Assembly (NCBI RefSeq): GCF_003334385.1
Contig: NZ_QOWN01000190.1
DNA from: Escherichia coli
Lineage (GTDB): Bacteria > Pseudomonadota > Gammaproteobacteria > Enterobacterales > Enterobacteriaceae
Strand: one strand, 5' to 3'
DNA length: 363 nucleotides
In this document: positions 1 to 363 of the stretch, one piece after another
Layout of the letters: every line of letters starts with the position of its first letter
Numbering within the stretch: the first letter of the stretch is position 1
Translations under genes and position numbers: made by a program
The notes under the pieces: generated by a model
What the model was told of the DNA's origin: nothing
Databases searched by the model: none
Seen by the model: only the letters and a program-made list of their open reading frames with translations

Positions 1-363
1 CTGCCTGATGGTGTGGAGACATACGGGGTGTGGGGACTCTCCCTGCCGTCACTGCGCCGTCGCCTGTTCCGCTGTGTGGCCATCCGGGAAAACACGGACG
101 GCACCTTTGCCATCACGGCGGTGCAGCACGTACCGGAAAAAGAAGCCATCGTGGATAACGGTGCCCGCTTTGAGCCGCAGTCAGGCTCCCTGAACAGCGT
201 CATCCCACCGGCAGTGCAGCACCTGACGGTGGAGGTGAGCGCAGCTGACAGCCAGTATCTGGCGCTGGCGAAATGGGACACGCCGAGGGTGGTGAAGGGC
301 GTGCGCTTCAGTCTGCGCCTGACCAGTGGAAGCGGTGAGAACAGCCGCCTGCTGACCACCGCC
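1..363 (+). CDS. J: Internal fragment (both ends outside the window) of a lambdoid-phage host specificity protein J homologue (tail tip attachment protein), central region upstream of the C-terminal receptor-binding part
   Basis: Seen in sequence: frame +1 is open across all 121 codons; third-position GC is about 77% against about 64% overall; CTG, GTG, CGC and GCC codons dominate, as in enterobacterial coding sequence. Recognition from memory: the translation aligns colinearly with the lambda J segment I recall as ...PDGVAEYSVWELKLPTLRQRLFRCVSIRENDDGTYAITAVQHVPEKEAIVDNGAHFDG...PPAVQHLTAEV...WDTPKVVKGVSFLLRLT..., including an identical block AITAVQHVPEKEAIVDNGA. Not verified by any search. 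Confidence 0.87.
   Translation, partial: MPDGVETYGVWGLSLPSLRRRLFRCVAIRENTDGTFAITAVQHVPEKEAIVDNGARFEPQSGSLNSVIPPAVQHLTVEVSAADSQYLALAKWDTPRVVKGVRFSLRLTSGSGENSRLLTTA
1..363. mobile_element. Part of a lambdoid phage or prophage tail-gene module; only context is implied, and no element boundary lies in the window
   Basis: Inference from the J-like CDS: J homologues occur in the late structural operon of lambdoid phages and prophages. No att site, integrase or element end is visible, so phage genome versus integrated prophage cannot be distinguished. Confidence 0.7.

Noticed and set aside
45-61. Short tandem-like repetition gccgtc ... gccgtc (nt 45-50 and 56-61) within ctgccgtcactgcgccgtcgcctg
   Set aside because: These are two 6-mers in a GC-rich coding stretch encoding LPSLRRRL. 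They are too short to be distinguished from chance, and there is no extended repeat unit or array.
8-193. The 61-aa ORF on the supplied track (frame +2, ATG at nt 8, TGA at nt 191-193), translating to MVWRHTGCGDSPCRHCAVACSAVWPSGKTRTAPLPSRRCSTYRKKKPSWITVPALSRSQAP
   Set aside because: It lies entirely inside the longer uninterrupted frame +1, which has coding-like GC3 bias and a recognisable J-like translation. The frame +2 product is Arg/Cys/Ser/Pro-rich, as expected when a GC-rich gene is read out of frame, and has no ribosome-binding site upstream within the window. It is a shadow ORF.
205-212. Near-Chi sequence: ccaccggc on the + strand, whose reverse complement gccggtgg differs at one position from the Chi octamer gctggtgg
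   Set aside because: It has one mismatch to the canonical octamer, and Chi activity is sequence-specific. The sequence is explained by codons for I-P-P-A in frame +1 of a GC-rich gene.
231-238. Shine-Dalgarno-like ggaggtga
   Set aside because: No ATG, GTG or TTG start codon follows at a suitable 5-10 nt spacing. The nearest ATG (nt 273-275) is about 35 nt away and in frame +3. The motif is simply codons V-E-V inside the J-like CDS.
1-363. Possible minus-strand gene, promoter, terminator, tRNA, CRISPR repeat or insertion-sequence end
   Set aside because: No ORF is reported on the minus strand. There is no AT-rich -10/-35-like region, no GC-rich hairpin followed by a T-tract, and no repeat-spacer periodicity. 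The whole window is explained by one continuous coding frame.

Overview
The whole 363-bp window is an internal fragment of a single protein-coding gene on the + strand, in frame 1 (codon 1 = nt 1-3). That frame has no stop codon anywhere, so 121 sense codons run off both edges of the window. Its translation is LPDGVETYGVWGLSLPSLRRRLFRCVAIRENTDGTFAITAVQHVPEKEAIVDNGARFEPQSGSLNSVIPPAVQHLTVEVSAADSQYLALAKWDTPRVVKGVRFSLRLTSGSGENSRLLTTA. I recognise this as a diverged homologue of the central part of bacteriophage lambda protein J (host specificity / tail tip attachment protein), so the window lies inside the tail-morphogenesis module of a lambdoid phage or prophage. By hand count, GC is about 64% (233/363) and third-position GC about 77% (93/121), with CTG, GTG, CGC and GCC codons favoured, which supports frame +1 as the real frame. 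The 61-aa ORF on the supplied track (8..193, frame +2) is an out-of-frame shadow ORF inside this gene. I see no gene start or stop, promoter, terminator, RNA gene, CRISPR array or insertion-sequence end. I find no evidence of a novel or undescribed system here: this is ordinary phage structural coding sequence, and the findings below are minor points about divergence and composition. All comparisons to lambda J are from memory, not from a search.
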